A stretch of DNA of 64,000 nt from a virus. The notes under the pieces were generated by a model. It did not search any database and was not told the DNA's origin. It worked only from the letters and a program-made list of their open reading frames with translations. The stretch lies in IMG/VR virus record IMGVR_UViG_3300045988_104111, positions 1 through 64,000 of that record, one strand, 5' to 3'. The translations under genes and the position numbers were made by a program. Below are positions 37,498 through 46,841 of the stretch, piece after piece; the stretch's first letter is position 1; the number at the start of each line of letters is the position of its first letter.

Positions 37498-37698
37498 TTA
37501 CACCTCCTCTAATTTTACACAATATTTTAATTCTTGGAAGATACAATCCTCACAATTAAACGTATTGTAGCAACATTCTTTGCAATTCTTTGGTACATCA
37601 TATCCCATATCGCTATACCAATCGTATTGCCTATCAAGCGCAATCGGGCAATACCCGGTCACACATTCATTTGCACAAAATCCTTTACATTTCTTCAT
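37498..37698 (-). CDS. hypothetical Cys-rich protein
   Basis: 66-aa ORF. Confidence 0.4.
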   Translation of the reverse strand: MKKCKGFCANECVTGYCPIALDRQYDWYSDMGYDVPKNCKECCYNTFNCEDCIFQELKYCVKLEEV

Positions 37699-40600
37699 AT
37701 TTCTTCCAACATTTCATTTCGACAATTTTTTCTGGCAATGTCACCCATTCACCATTTTCATCTTTTTTCATTTTATTTTTCTCTTGCAATACAGCTCTGA
37801 TCACATCGCCTTTTTCTAATTGATGATTTGCCCAGAATTTCTTATTGGCTCTATATGTGCGTTCTGATCCATAACAAATGTTATAAACTGAGATATAAAC
37901 AGTGCCATATCCTGTTGTCTTAACATCTAGCACTAGCCAATCATTAGGGTCTGAATTGGGGTCATTGCCATCTACATATCCTAATAGCTCGATCTGCCAT
38001 TTCAGCTTGTCAACAACGGTCGTTTTAGGCATTTTCATTGAGCGTAGAATTGACAGGATAATGCCGCGATTATCAAGATGACTAGCTGTTTTCTCTGTCA
38101 TCTTTCCAGCATACGGCTTGAGCATATCTACATTATAACCCATTTCAGCCCATTTGTCAAGCTTAATTGTCTTGCATTTTGAAAATTTATTAAAAATCTC
38201 AATACCTAACAATAGTGCCTTAGCTGGGCCAAATTCTGTAAAATAACCAATCTTAACCAAAATGTCAAGTTGTCGCGCATCTGGCTTTGCTTCAAGCTGT
38301 TGGATGGCGAATAGCACATCAATAAAATTCTTAAACCGCATATCACGCATACCATATAATGCCTCAGCTACATCGGCGCTCATATACTTGATTGAGCCAA
38401 GCCCCTTATAGATTGTATTTTCATCTGTATCACAAAAATAATCTGAGCGAGAATGACGGAATTTAGGAGATTTTATTTTAATGCCGACCTTATGAGCATA
38501 TGCCGTTAATGCCGCTGTCTTTTCCTCTTTGCCTTGATTGATATTCATAGCAACTGTAAGGAATTGAAGCGGATAATGGTATCTGAGCCAACCTGACACA
38601 TATCCCTCATAGCTATATGGCTGACTATGATTTAGAGAGAATAGATAATTGCTAGCATCAATAATAACTTGGATAAAATCAGCTATGACCTTATCTGATT
38701 CGTTTTGGTTCATATTGTGTCGCTCTGCCATTGTTTTAGCAAAGCCAGCCTTGATTTGTGGTATATCCTTGTCTGTACCCGTCTTTTTAGCAAAATGGCG
38801 GCGCACAACATCGGCTTCGCCCATAGTATAACCACAATATTCATGTAAGAATTGAATGATTTGACACTGGAATACAAGGTAGCCAAATGTCGGCTTCATA
38901 AATTCATCAATCGCCGCATTTCCAGATTTACGGATAACGCCATTAGCAAGGCCATCACGATATGACGCACCAGCAGGACGAATTGCGCCATTACCGATTG
39001 ATAGCAATGTCATATAGTCAATGTTTGGATTCAACGCCTTAAATTTCTGAATATTAGACTCAGATAAGAGCTGCTTGATATATCTATCACCAGTTGTGCC
39101 TTCCCACTGAAAAATAGCCGTAGTATCATCTCTGATACTATCCCATACGGCTTTGTCATTTATATCAACATTGTCAGGCGTTAGACGCTCAATACCAGCT
39201 AATTTACACGTCTCATTGATTAGTTCAATGGTATCAAGCTTGAGCAAATCGAGCTTAACATAATTCTGTAAATCAACCTCTTTCATATTGATTTGGCTGA
39301 TTGGTACATCATCTGTTGACGTAGTAAATAATCCCATACGGTCATCAATAGAATGAGGTGATACAACTAAGCCACAAGGATGGTTGCCAACTGATACAAC
39401 GCAACCATTTACAATATCGACATATTTGAATAGCTCCGGATATTTAACACGGCATTTGTCCTCGTCTTGTTCTACGGCATTACATATTTGCCCCACTTCA
39501 TCAAGTGGCATTTCCAACGCTCTGCCAACATCACGAATAGCGCCCTTTAGAGCAATCGTATTAAATGTGACAATATCAGAACAATACAACCCATGCTTGT
39601 TAAATATATATTGCTTGACCTCGTTGATTCTGCTAGGAGGAAAATCTGTATCAATATCCGACAGCGATACGCGCTCCGTATTCATGAATCGCTCAAAATT
39701 AAGCCCATGCTTGATGCTATCCATCTCAGTAATACCAAGCAGATAAGCAATGACTGAACCGTTGCATGAACCGCGCCCATATCCTACAAGAATGTCCTGC
39801 GTCTTGCACCATGCTATAATGTCCTCCATGAGCAGCATAAAGTCAATCGCGCCATTATGGACATATGCTTTCATCTCGTATTCAATGCGGTCTATGTATT
39901 CTCGATAATTAGGCAGCTTGTCAACACCGCGCCACACAATACCATCTGCGATCTTAGCTCTAAGAACATCCTCGCTATCATCGCCCCATAGATGCGGATA
40001 CTTATAGCTATAATCAAGCTCGAACGGCTCAATCATATCAGCTACAGTATTCGTCATCTCAATAGCATCCAAGTACACATCTATAGGCAGCGCGTCCTGC
40101 ATACGGCATAATTGCACCAACTCATCATAACTCATCATTTCAAGATGAAATTTATCTTCACCGTCAAAATGAATATTCTTTGCTTTTTGTAGAATTTTGC
40201 GTCCCTCTACATGAGTAGAATTGAGCGCATGAGTATCGGTACACATCAATAGCCGCAAACCGCTTTGTTTAGATAGCGTCCATAATGTATTATTATAGCT
40301 CTTTTGAGCGGGGTCAAGATGTGGCTGAATCTCAAGAAAACATCTGTCTTTGTGTTCACATAGCCAATGGTAAAAATCCCATCGAACATCATCTGGCGCT
40401 TTGTTCAATACGCCACCAAGACAAGCCGTAGACACAATGATATTATCGCTGGTATTCTTTACATCCTCAATCGTGATTCGTGGCACATAATAGAATGAAT
40501 TATCGTCACGATTAAATGCTTTGCTTGATAACTTGTTTAGCTCTAATACGCCATCATAATTTTTAGCAATTAGCAAACAGTGATAATTGTCTCGGATTTT

Positions 40601-40846
40601 TTCTGATAGTGTCTGAGTTAGATAAAATTCCTGAGCGTGAATATATTTCATACCCATTTCTTCGGTATGCAATTTCTTCTTTACCCATTGAAATACAGAA
40701 CCATGCTCAGAAAACGCCATTGCCTTCATTCCTAGTTCTGCGGCGCGGTCTATATATTGGTCATATCGTGTTACAGAATCTATATTAGTTACTCCGTTAG
40801 ATAACATAGAATGAATATGTAGGATTGTATAATTTTCGTTCATCAC
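37685..40846 (-). CDS. dnaE: DNA polymerase III alpha subunit (DnaE-type, PHP domain)
   Basis: N-terminal PHP HIHSMLSNG...FSEHG. 1053 aa with Pol III alpha core patterns (GRGSCNGS, SLSDIDTDF). Confidence 0.85.
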   Translation of the reverse strand: MMNENYTILHIHSMLSNGVTNIDSVTRYDQYIDRAAELGMKAMAFSEHGSVFQWVKKKLHTEEMGMKYIHAQEFYLTQTLSEKIRDNYHCLLIAKNYDGVLELNKLSSKAFNRDDNSFYYVPRITIEDVKNTSDNIIVSTACLGGVLNKAPDDVRWDFYHWLCEHKDRCFLEIQPHLDPAQKSYNNTLWTLSKQSGLRLLMCTDTHALNSTHVEGRKILQKAKNIHFDGEDKFHLEMMSYDELVQLCRMQDALPIDVYLDAIEMTNTVADMIEPFELDYSYKYPHLWGDDSEDVLRAKIADGIVWRGVDKLPNYREYIDRIEYEMKAYVHNGAIDFMLLMEDIIAWCKTQDILVGYGRGSCNGSVIAYLLGITEMDSIKHGLNFERFMNTERVSLSDIDTDFPPSRINEVKQYIFNKHGLYCSDIVTFNTIALKGAIRDVGRALEMPLDEVGQICNAVEQDEDKCRVKYPELFKYVDIVNGCVVSVGNHPCGLVVSPHSIDDRMGLFTTSTDDVPISQINMKEVDLQNYVKLDLLKLDTIELINETCKLAGIERLTPDNVDINDKAVWDSIRDDTTAIFQWEGTTGDRYIKQLLSESNIQKFKALNPNIDYMTLLSIGNGAIRPAGASYRDGLANGVIRKSGNAAIDEFMKPTFGYLVFQCQIIQFLHEYCGYTMGEADVVRRHFAKKTGTDKDIPQIKAGFAKTMAERHNMNQNESDKVIADFIQVIIDASNYLFSLNHSQPYSYEGYVSGWLRYHYPLQFLTVAMNINQGKEEKTAALTAYAHKVGIKIKSPKFRHSRSDYFCDTDENTIYKGLGSIKYMSADVAEALYGMRDMRFKNFIDVLFAIQQLEAKPDARQLDILVKIGYFTEFGPAKALLLGIEIFNKFSKCKTIKLDKWAEMGYNVDMLKPYAGKMTEKTASHLDNRGIILSILRSMKMPKTTVVDKLKWQIELLGYVDGNDPNSDPNDWLVLDVKTTGYGTVYISVYNICYGSERTYRANKKFWANHQLEKGDVIRAVLQEKNKMKKDENGEWVTLPEKIVEMKCWKKYEEM

Positions 40847-40884
40847 TTCATCAACTCAAATACATCTTCACTATGTTTCATGGT

Positions 40885-41049
40885 TTATTCCTCCTTCATA
40901 TATCCGTCACAATATTCACATCTTGCTTCATTTGGATTATGTGGTGCGCCACAATGAGGACAAACGATTGGATATTTCTTTGATTCAATTTTATCCCATA
41001 CTTTATATTCAGAATCTTCTTCTTGTTTTACGTTCGCAGTGAATATCAA
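40885..41049 (-). CDS. possible 54-aa zinc-ribbon protein
   Basis: CPHCG...CEYCD pairs. Only a TTG start with a weak SD. Confidence 0.3.
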   Translation of the reverse strand: MIFTANVKQEEDSEYKVWDKIESKKYPIVCPHCGAPHNPNEARCEYCDGYMKEE

Positions 41050-41153
41050 TTGATTCGCCTTAAAAACTTAAGCTCGTGGTGGGACGTGATTGAATTTTAT
41101 AGAACCTGCCAATGGAGATTCAACAAATGCTTTGATATAATCTTTTCTAAATG

Positions 41154-41795
41154 TCATTTATAATTCACCGGCATAACCACACCATCTCCATTTTCAGCTT
41201 TGAGATAAATTGGTCCGATTCTGTTTGCCGCATACGCCTTACAATCAGGCAGACATTCCATAGCGTTAAGCAAATACTGCGGATTGACCCAAAGATTCAA
41301 TTCCTCATTGAGCAGATAATCAGCTACTTTCTTGGGATTATTCTTCTCCTTGATTTTATGCGTCTTGATATATACCTTGAGTTTGCCAATATCAGGAAGG
41401 GTAATTTCTTTTCCAAAATCAGGCTTTCTAACAATATATTCAAGTTGCATTTCCTGTCCATGATATTTTTCATCAATTTCAGGTAGAAACTGCTTTTCAT
41501 TGAATCTAATAGCTACAAACCCATCGCATACACAATATTTTGTTTCACCGTATTTATCTTTGTTCTCGAACATGCCTTCAAGCACAGGACGCTTGCTAGA
41601 TTTAGCGTTCTTAATGATACGGTTAGCTGCATTCACGATTGACTTTGTACCAGATTTCTTGGACTGCTCAATGAGCATATCAGATTCAAGAGATTTGAGA
41701 ACGTCCAGCATTTCATTCTCCATCATAAGAAATCCTTCATCGTGAATCTTAATGCTCCAAGATTTGATAATGTAATACAATTTTTCAGTAGTCAT
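41154..41795 (-). CDS. short DnaN (beta-clamp)-like protein
   Basis: The C-terminal VNPQYLLNAMECL...IGPIYLKAENGDGVVMPVNYK parallels DnaN FN.KY+LDAL...P.li....+lPVR. ATG 41795 follows GGGGCGG. Confidence 0.45.
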   Translation of the reverse strand: MTTEKLYYIIKSWSIKIHDEGFLMMENEMLDVLKSLESDMLIEQSKKSGTKSIVNAANRIIKNAKSSKRPVLEGMFENKDKYGETKYCVCDGFVAIRFNEKQFLPEIDEKYHGQEMQLEYIVRKPDFGKEITLPDIGKLKVYIKTHKIKEKNNPKKVADYLLNEELNLWVNPQYLLNAMECLPDCKAYAANRIGPIYLKAENGDGVVMPVNYK

Positions 41796-41827
41796 AACAA
41801 CAACCGCCCCTTTCATTTGATACTTGG

Positions 41828-41856
41828 ATTATATCATAGATTGGAGCGGTTGTCAA
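41828..41856 (-). promoter_or_regulatory. sigma-A type promoter
   Basis: Minus strand reads TTGACA-17-TATAAT (TGa). Confidence 0.65.
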
Positions 41857-41862
41857 GAGTGT

Positions 41863-42069
41863 TTATTTAATTTTTTCTACAGGTTCTCTAACAAATTCAA
41901 AATATTGTGGCATTTCAGGTAATATTCTAACATTTCGTCCGACTAAGTGAAGCCGCAGTTCTGACAATAGCATATTAACTTGCTTACAACTTAAATTCTC
42001 GTTAAATCTAACAATATATGTGCCACCATCTTGTAGAGATTTGACGGTTCTAATTTCTTCATCATTCAT
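41863..42069 (-). CDS. hypothetical protein
   Basis: 68-aa ORF overlapping the upstream stop. Confidence 0.45.
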   Translation of the reverse strand: MNDEEIRTVKSLQDGGTYIVRFNENLSCKQVNMLLSELRLHLVGRNVRILPEMPQYFEFVREPVEKIK

Positions 42070-43439
42070 ATGAATATCCTCTGATCTTGATTTACTGCTA
42101 CAACCCTGCTTGATTTACCTTGTTTAATTAGCTCGTCTTGTAGGGTATTAGCAAATTCTACTTTGTTCTCATAATTGCCATGCACTAAACAGAGTTTGTT
42201 GAAACGGCATTGATTTGTCAAGTAGTCAATCAATTCTTCATAGCTGGCATGACTACTAAATGAGCGCAGTTCTGTGATATTTGCTTTATTTGCTACGTTT
42301 ACGCCATCAACATTGACCTCTGGCATATTAGATTTGATTTGAGACGCAAGCCCATTATCACCAGCAAACCCACAAAATAAGATATGATTGCGGCTATCAG
42401 GTAGAGCCGTTTTTAGATGGCTCATAATTCTACCACCAACAAGGAAGCCTGACGCACTGATGATTAAGCAATGCTCGTTTCGCATTTGTAGATTGACTGA
42501 TTCTTCTTGAGATTCAACAATTCTTACATTCTCAAGCTCGTCTTCTTCCCACGTCCAGATTGCACAAAATTTAGACGCAAGTGGTGAGTCGAGATAAATT
42601 TTGATTTGCTTATCAATGCCCTCGTCATGCAATAGGCGCAACATAGATTGAGTGCGGTCAAGAGAAAAACAGGGGGTGAGAATTTTATTTGATTCAGCAA
42701 TGATCGTCTTAATCTTCTCAATATCCTTATCTCTATCCTTGGGGCTGTTAGGTCGCCCCTGTTGACAATATGTGCATTCAGAGATAAGAACATCAACGAA
42801 TGGCAACGTCTGTCTACGCGCCTTGTACGGTCTTTCAGACGCACCGCCAATATCACTAGTGAATCCAATGCGCTTAGTCACATATCCATCTTTTAGCTCA
42901 AGTACACATTGCGCTGAATTGATAATATGTCCGGCAGGATAATATGTTAGCTTAATATCAGACGCAAGCTGAATAGGTATATTATAATCGACTTCTATGA
43001 TACGATTAAGCGCACGTTCAATAGCTTGCTCGTCATAGAATGGCGCAGCCTTCTGGCCATGCTTATTCTTAATTTTTAGACAATCAGATCGCATGATTTT
43101 TAGGCTATCTTCCCATAACAATTTGAGAAAATTAGTAGAGCCAGATGGGGCATATAGATGCGCATTACATCCTTTAGCATATAGCGCAGGAGCAAGTCCA
43201 ATATGGTCTAAATGGCTATGATTTAACACAATAAAATCTACATCTCTTGGTTTAATCTTTTTTAGCTGAGCAAGATTAGCCTTATAGTCGGACACAATAT
43301 CCCCCATACCCTGTATCATGCCACAATCTAGGAGGATACTATATTTCTTGAATCGTACATGATGGCAAGAGCCGGTCACATCAACTGCGGCATTTGATAA
43401 GAAGTGAATATACGGCTTTTTACAACCTCGGTCTGTCAA
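42066..43439 (-). CDS. metallo-beta-lactamase fold, beta-CASP-type nuclease
   Basis: LNHSHLDHIG (HxHxDH); size and C-terminal SSHAS motif fit beta-CASP/RNase J-like enzymes. Confidence 0.65.
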   Translation of the reverse strand: MTDRGCKKPYIHFLSNAAVDVTGSCHHVRFKKYSILLDCGMIQGMGDIVSDYKANLAQLKKIKPRDVDFIVLNHSHLDHIGLAPALYAKGCNAHLYAPSGSTNFLKLLWEDSLKIMRSDCLKIKNKHGQKAAPFYDEQAIERALNRIIEVDYNIPIQLASDIKLTYYPAGHIINSAQCVLELKDGYVTKRIGFTSDIGGASERPYKARRQTLPFVDVLISECTYCQQGRPNSPKDRDKDIEKIKTIIAESNKILTPCFSLDRTQSMLRLLHDEGIDKQIKIYLDSPLASKFCAIWTWEEDELENVRIVESQEESVNLQMRNEHCLIISASGFLVGGRIMSHLKTALPDSRNHILFCGFAGDNGLASQIKSNMPEVNVDGVNVANKANITELRSFSSHASYEELIDYLTNQCRFNKLCLVHGNYENKVEFANTLQDELIKQGKSSRVVAVNQDQRIFI

Positions 43440-43630
43440 CTAACCGACTCCTTTCTCATCTTCAGCACATTTCTCAGTACACAATCCATGCAATTCAAGT
43501 CAGCATCATTCCACATTTTATCTCTCTGTGCTGTCATACGTGGATCGATTTTTACATATTTGTCGCAATCAGATTGATAATCACAACGCATACATGGAAT
43601 TTCCATAAGCATTTGAGGTCTACGGCTCAT
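43436..43630 (-). CDS. hypothetical Cys-rich protein
   Basis: 64-aa ORF. Confidence 0.4.
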   Translation of the reverse strand: MSRRPQMLMEIPCMRCDYQSDCDKYVKIDPRMTAQRDKMWNDADLNCMDCVLRNVLKMRKESVS

Positions 43631-43908
43631 TCATATTCCTCCTCATAATCAGGTTCGCTTACTTGAAATCCGATAGCCTGAGTAATAGCAGGACTAGGCG
43701 AAATTTTTTCAACGGCTGCTTCATGTTCTGCCTTATCAATCTCTAACTCAAGCGACATGCGGTTAATCTTAGCATTGATAACTGATTGTGCCAAATCCAC
43801 AATCGAGCCGCACAGAGGCAACAGTGAGCTTACAAACAGGACTGCGCCTCCTGCAATCCATAGTGGCGTTAAATTATTCTCTCTTTTCACTACGAGCATT
43901 AACCTCAT
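43627..43908 (-). CDS. small membrane protein
   Basis: Hydrophobic helix LWIAGGAVLFVSSLLPLCG. Confidence 0.45.
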   Translation of the reverse strand: MRLMLVVKRENNLTPLWIAGGAVLFVSSLLPLCGSIVDLAQSVINAKINRMSLELEIDKAEHEAAVEKISPSPAITQAIGFQVSEPDYEEEYE

Positions 43909-44083
43909 TTACTTTAGATTTGATCAGCTCTTTAATTGCTTTGGCAGAAGTCAAGTTGGAAATAGATTTATCTATTGCACAAATACAAGCATTCCAACCA
44001 GCCATCAAACCTTGATTAAAATAGCTTTGAAATTTAGGCTCAAGCTCTTTCTTCAAAATATTTTTTAATTCATTATCCGACAT
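43874..44083 (-). CDS. hypothetical protein
   Basis: ATG 44083 after GGGAGGGG. The track ORF extends further without an SD. Confidence 0.45.
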   Translation of the reverse strand: MSDNELKNILKKELEPKFQSYFNQGLMAGWNACICAIDKSISNLTSAKAIKELIKSKVNEVNARSEKRE

Positions 44084-44117
44084 ATGTCCCCTCCCTATAT
44101 GGTGCATTTCTGTCATA

Positions 44118-44552
44118 TCAATCTGCCAACTCAAGGCTAGACAATGCAACAACACACGGCTTATCAGAATTTGCATTGTCGATAAGAGCAATGCCCTTTG
44201 TTTTATCAATATATTTAACTGTCCACACTCGAGTTCTCACATGGTTAATCACTACTCTGTCCCCGACCTTAATTTCTCTTGGCTTCTTTGCTTCATTCAT
44301 TTTTGCTTTTAGCTCATCAAGCCCAACCTGCAAACGCCAATCATCGTCAGGATGGCATCTTGTTTCAACCTTCTTGCCATCCTTGCTTGTCATCGTCATA
44401 CGATTACCCTTAATATGCAGGTCATAATCGCCCTCTAGCCACTTAGGTGCTAGATTCTTTTCATAGAATTTGTATTCTAGCTTCATCTTATTCTTTTCCC
44501 TTTCTTTCATGATTTCATCGTACAAGCTGTTAAATACATCTTCCCACATCAT
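44118..44552 (-). CDS. hypothetical protein
   Basis: 144-aa ORF. Confidence 0.5.
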   Translation of the reverse strand: MMWEDVFNSLYDEIMKEREKNKMKLEYKFYEKNLAPKWLEGDYDLHIKGNRMTMTSKDGKKVETRCHPDDDWRLQVGLDELKAKMNEAKKPREIKVGDRVVINHVRTRVWTVKYIDKTKGIALIDNANSDKPCVVALSSLELAD

Positions 44553-44573
44553 TATTTATGTCCTCCTTATGTC

Positions 44574-45414
44574 TTAAAAATTCACAACGCTCATAGCGTT
44601 TACTGCACGTTGTTCGGTGCGCTTAATATATCTGTTCGCCGTAATAGCAATCGAGCTATGCCCCATCGCCTTACTAATAACCTCAATAGGTACATCTGCT
44701 TCAGACATCATGGTAGCAAACGTGCGGCGCATGGTATGATTACTAATATGCAATTCTTCCCAATTCTCAATACCAGCTTTTCTAGCTGCTACCTTGAGCA
44801 TAGCGCTGGTATTTTTGCCATCCATCTTATTGCCTTGATTGCCAACAAATAAATATTCACAACCATTTTTGCGTTCATTGGTAATATAGCTATCAATCAG
44901 CTTGATCGTCTCATCGGACAAACCAATCAATCTATCCTTATCGCCCTTACCACGAATGACTAGGATATTATTACTGCGGCTTTCATACTGTTCAAGTGTG
45001 ATATTGAGCAATTCGTGAATACGCAAGCCAGTTTGCGCAAGCATCATGATAATCGCCTTATTGCGCAAATTGGTTGCGGCATTGACCATTGCTCTGACCT
45101 GTTCGCCAGTCAGCGCAGATTGTTCACGATTCTTGATAGCAGGAGCTTCAAGAAACTCAGCCGGATTGCGCTGAATGAACTCATTCCGATATAGGAATTT
45201 GAAATATTCACGAACAGCCGATGTTCTCTGAGCAACAGATGCAGAACTGAGATTGTCCATGCTGGACTGCCACATCTCAAGATCAATAGCCTTAATTTCA
45301 GATTCAGGCTTGTTGACATACTTCAAGCAATTATTAACCGCCTTGGTATATTCTCTGATTGTACCTTCGCTACGGTGCTTTGCTTTCAAGCTCATAACAA
45401 ACAGTTCGTTCATA
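44574..45414 (-). CDS. tyrosine recombinase (XerC/D-integrase family)
   Basis: Catalytic pattern ...GLRIHEL...HTMRRTFAT...GHSSIAITANRYI. ATG 45414 follows AAGGAG. Confidence 0.8.
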
Positions 45415-45443
45415 TCATTCAGCTCCTTCATTTGATGGTTTAA

Positions 45444-45472
45444 GTATAGCACCATAGCGGCGATTTGTCAAG
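45444..45472 (-). promoter_or_regulatory. sigma-A type promoter
   Basis: Minus strand reads TTGACA-17-TATACT. Confidence 0.6.
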
Positions 45473-45872
45473 TATTATTTTTAATTTCTTTAATCAGCTC
45501 ATCATACTTCCCATCAGACAAAATCTTTTCGGATTCTTCAATATTCTGTGAAAAATAGTAAATCGCTGAAATATCACAAGCTTTACTTTCCAACTTGCAG
45601 AGCGAGATGCACTTTTCAGCACAATGCCAATCAATAGAGATAATGTTCTGTAATGGATAAGCAGTTTCTCCCACCATAATATAACCATCGTGCTTTACAT
45701 CAATCATAATCCATTCAGGAACACTACATCTAATTGTATTTGGGTCAATATAAAAGTTATGTCTAAAGGAATGCTCCTCGCCATCTACGGTCTTAAATGT
45801 CGCGCCCCATTTTTCAACAATTACAAAATCAGTTGGCTTATATTTCTTTTCTCGTTTCTTAAATAATATCAT
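45468..45872 (-). CDS. hypothetical protein
   Basis: 134-aa ORF. Confidence 0.5.
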   Translation of the reverse strand: MILFKKREKKYKPTDFVIVEKWGATFKTVDGEEHSFRHNFYIDPNTIRCSVPEWIMIDVKHDGYIMVGETAYPLQNIISIDWHCAEKCISLCKLESKACDISAIYYFSQNIEESEKILSDGKYDELIKEIKNNT

Positions 45873-45894
45873 ATATTCACCACCATTCTCTTAT

Positions 45895-45934
45895 TTTAGA
45901 AAAATCCCTACAATCTTTCAACCATAGGGATTTT
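45895..45934 (-). terminator. rho-independent terminator after the HU gene
   Basis: 10-bp arms aaaatcccta/tagggatttt ending in a T-run on the minus strand. Confidence 0.55.
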
Positions 45935-45948
45935 AACAGGAGGATTAT

Positions 45949-46224
45949 TTACTCATTGATTTCTGCCTTTAGTGTGCTTGTCGGCTTAAACGTCAGAGCA
46001 TACTTGGCAGGAACTTCAATGGTTTCACCAGTTTGTGGATTACGAGCCGTTCTTGCATCACGCAGCTTAGTTGTGAACTTGCCAAAGCCATGAATCACTA
46101 CATCTTCATGCTGGATTAGGCTATGTCTGATATAATCAATAAACGTATCTACGATCTCGGTTGTGTCCTTGACCGTATTCTCTGTGCTGTCTGCTACAAA
46201 CTTGATTAGTTCCTTTTTTGTCAT
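45949..46224 (-). CDS. hup: HU-type DNA-binding protein (DNABII)
   Basis: Canonical HU pattern: KKELI...GFGKFTT..RDARTARNPQTGETIEVPA...FKP. Confidence 0.9.
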   Translation of the reverse strand: MTKKELIKFVADSTENTVKDTTEIVDTFIDYIRHSLIQHEDVVIHGFGKFTTKLRDARTARNPQTGETIEVPAKYALTFKPTSTLKAEINE

Positions 46225-46456
46225 TGTGATTATCCTTTCGCTTTAATTTCAATTTAATTTGACAAGTCGCAATGTTCATGCGCATATTGACTTGATAAGA
46301 CGTACCGCCATGTTGTGCCGCATCAAGTAGCATACTGGTCGTTACGCCAGAGCCGCGATTTCCTACTACTACCTTCATATATCCTCCTTATTCATACACT
46401 AATAATCAATAAATTTTCCTAAACCGTTTACCCTACAACTTATACTACTTAATCAA

Positions 46457-46705
46457 CTAATCTGAAAATTCTTCATTATTAGTCAATGATTTCTTTACCA
46501 GGCGAGCTAATTTGAGCCGTTCAGCCGCAGCTTGCTTTTGTTCTTCGGTCATTGAGCGGGTACGACCTGATTTGCCAAATCTCAAGTCGTAAAGCGGGCA
46601 AGACTTGATTGGACAATGCTTTACTTCATTCGTTGAATCTCCCGAACACTGCAAGCAATATTGTCGTATTCGTTTTAGCGGCGATGTTGAATCCATATTT
46701 AGCAC
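46457..46705 (-). CDS. small Cys-rich (zinc-binding) protein
   Basis: CLQCSG...VKHCPIKSCPLY pattern with a basic C-terminus. Confidence 0.5.
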   Translation of the reverse strand: MLNMDSTSPLKRIRQYCLQCSGDSTNEVKHCPIKSCPLYDLRFGKSGRTRSMTEEQKQAAAERLKLARLVKKSLTNNEEFSD

Positions 46706-46726
46706 TCCTTTAATTTTATTTTATCA

Positions 46727-46821
46727 TGGTACTCCCGCTCCGACTCGAACGGAGATCGTGCAGCAATCTACTACCTTATGCCGGGTATAAACCGGTTGTC
46801 CTACCATTGAACGACGGGAGC
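46727..46821 (-). tRNA. tRNA gene. Anticodon UAU by manual fold (Ile, AUA codons). CCA is encoded. The variable region is unusually long (25 nt).
   Basis: 7-bp acceptor stem (G1.U72), U8, A14, GG18-19. D stem GUUC/GGAC. Anticodon arm CCGG-UUUAUAC-CCGG. T arm CUCCG-UUCGAGU-CGGAG, then A-CCA. Confidence 0.6.
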
Positions 46822-46841
46822 ATATAAGGCGATTCAATCGC

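Noticed and set aside
46136-46378. 80-aa ORF with a good SD (AAGGAGGA) starting MKVVVGNRGSGVTT.
   Set aside because: It looks like the first roughly 25 codons of a P-loop protein with the Walker lysine lost (GSGVTT). The frame then runs out of phase through 89 nt of the HU gene. It is most likely a deletion remnant or pseudogene, not a functional CDS.
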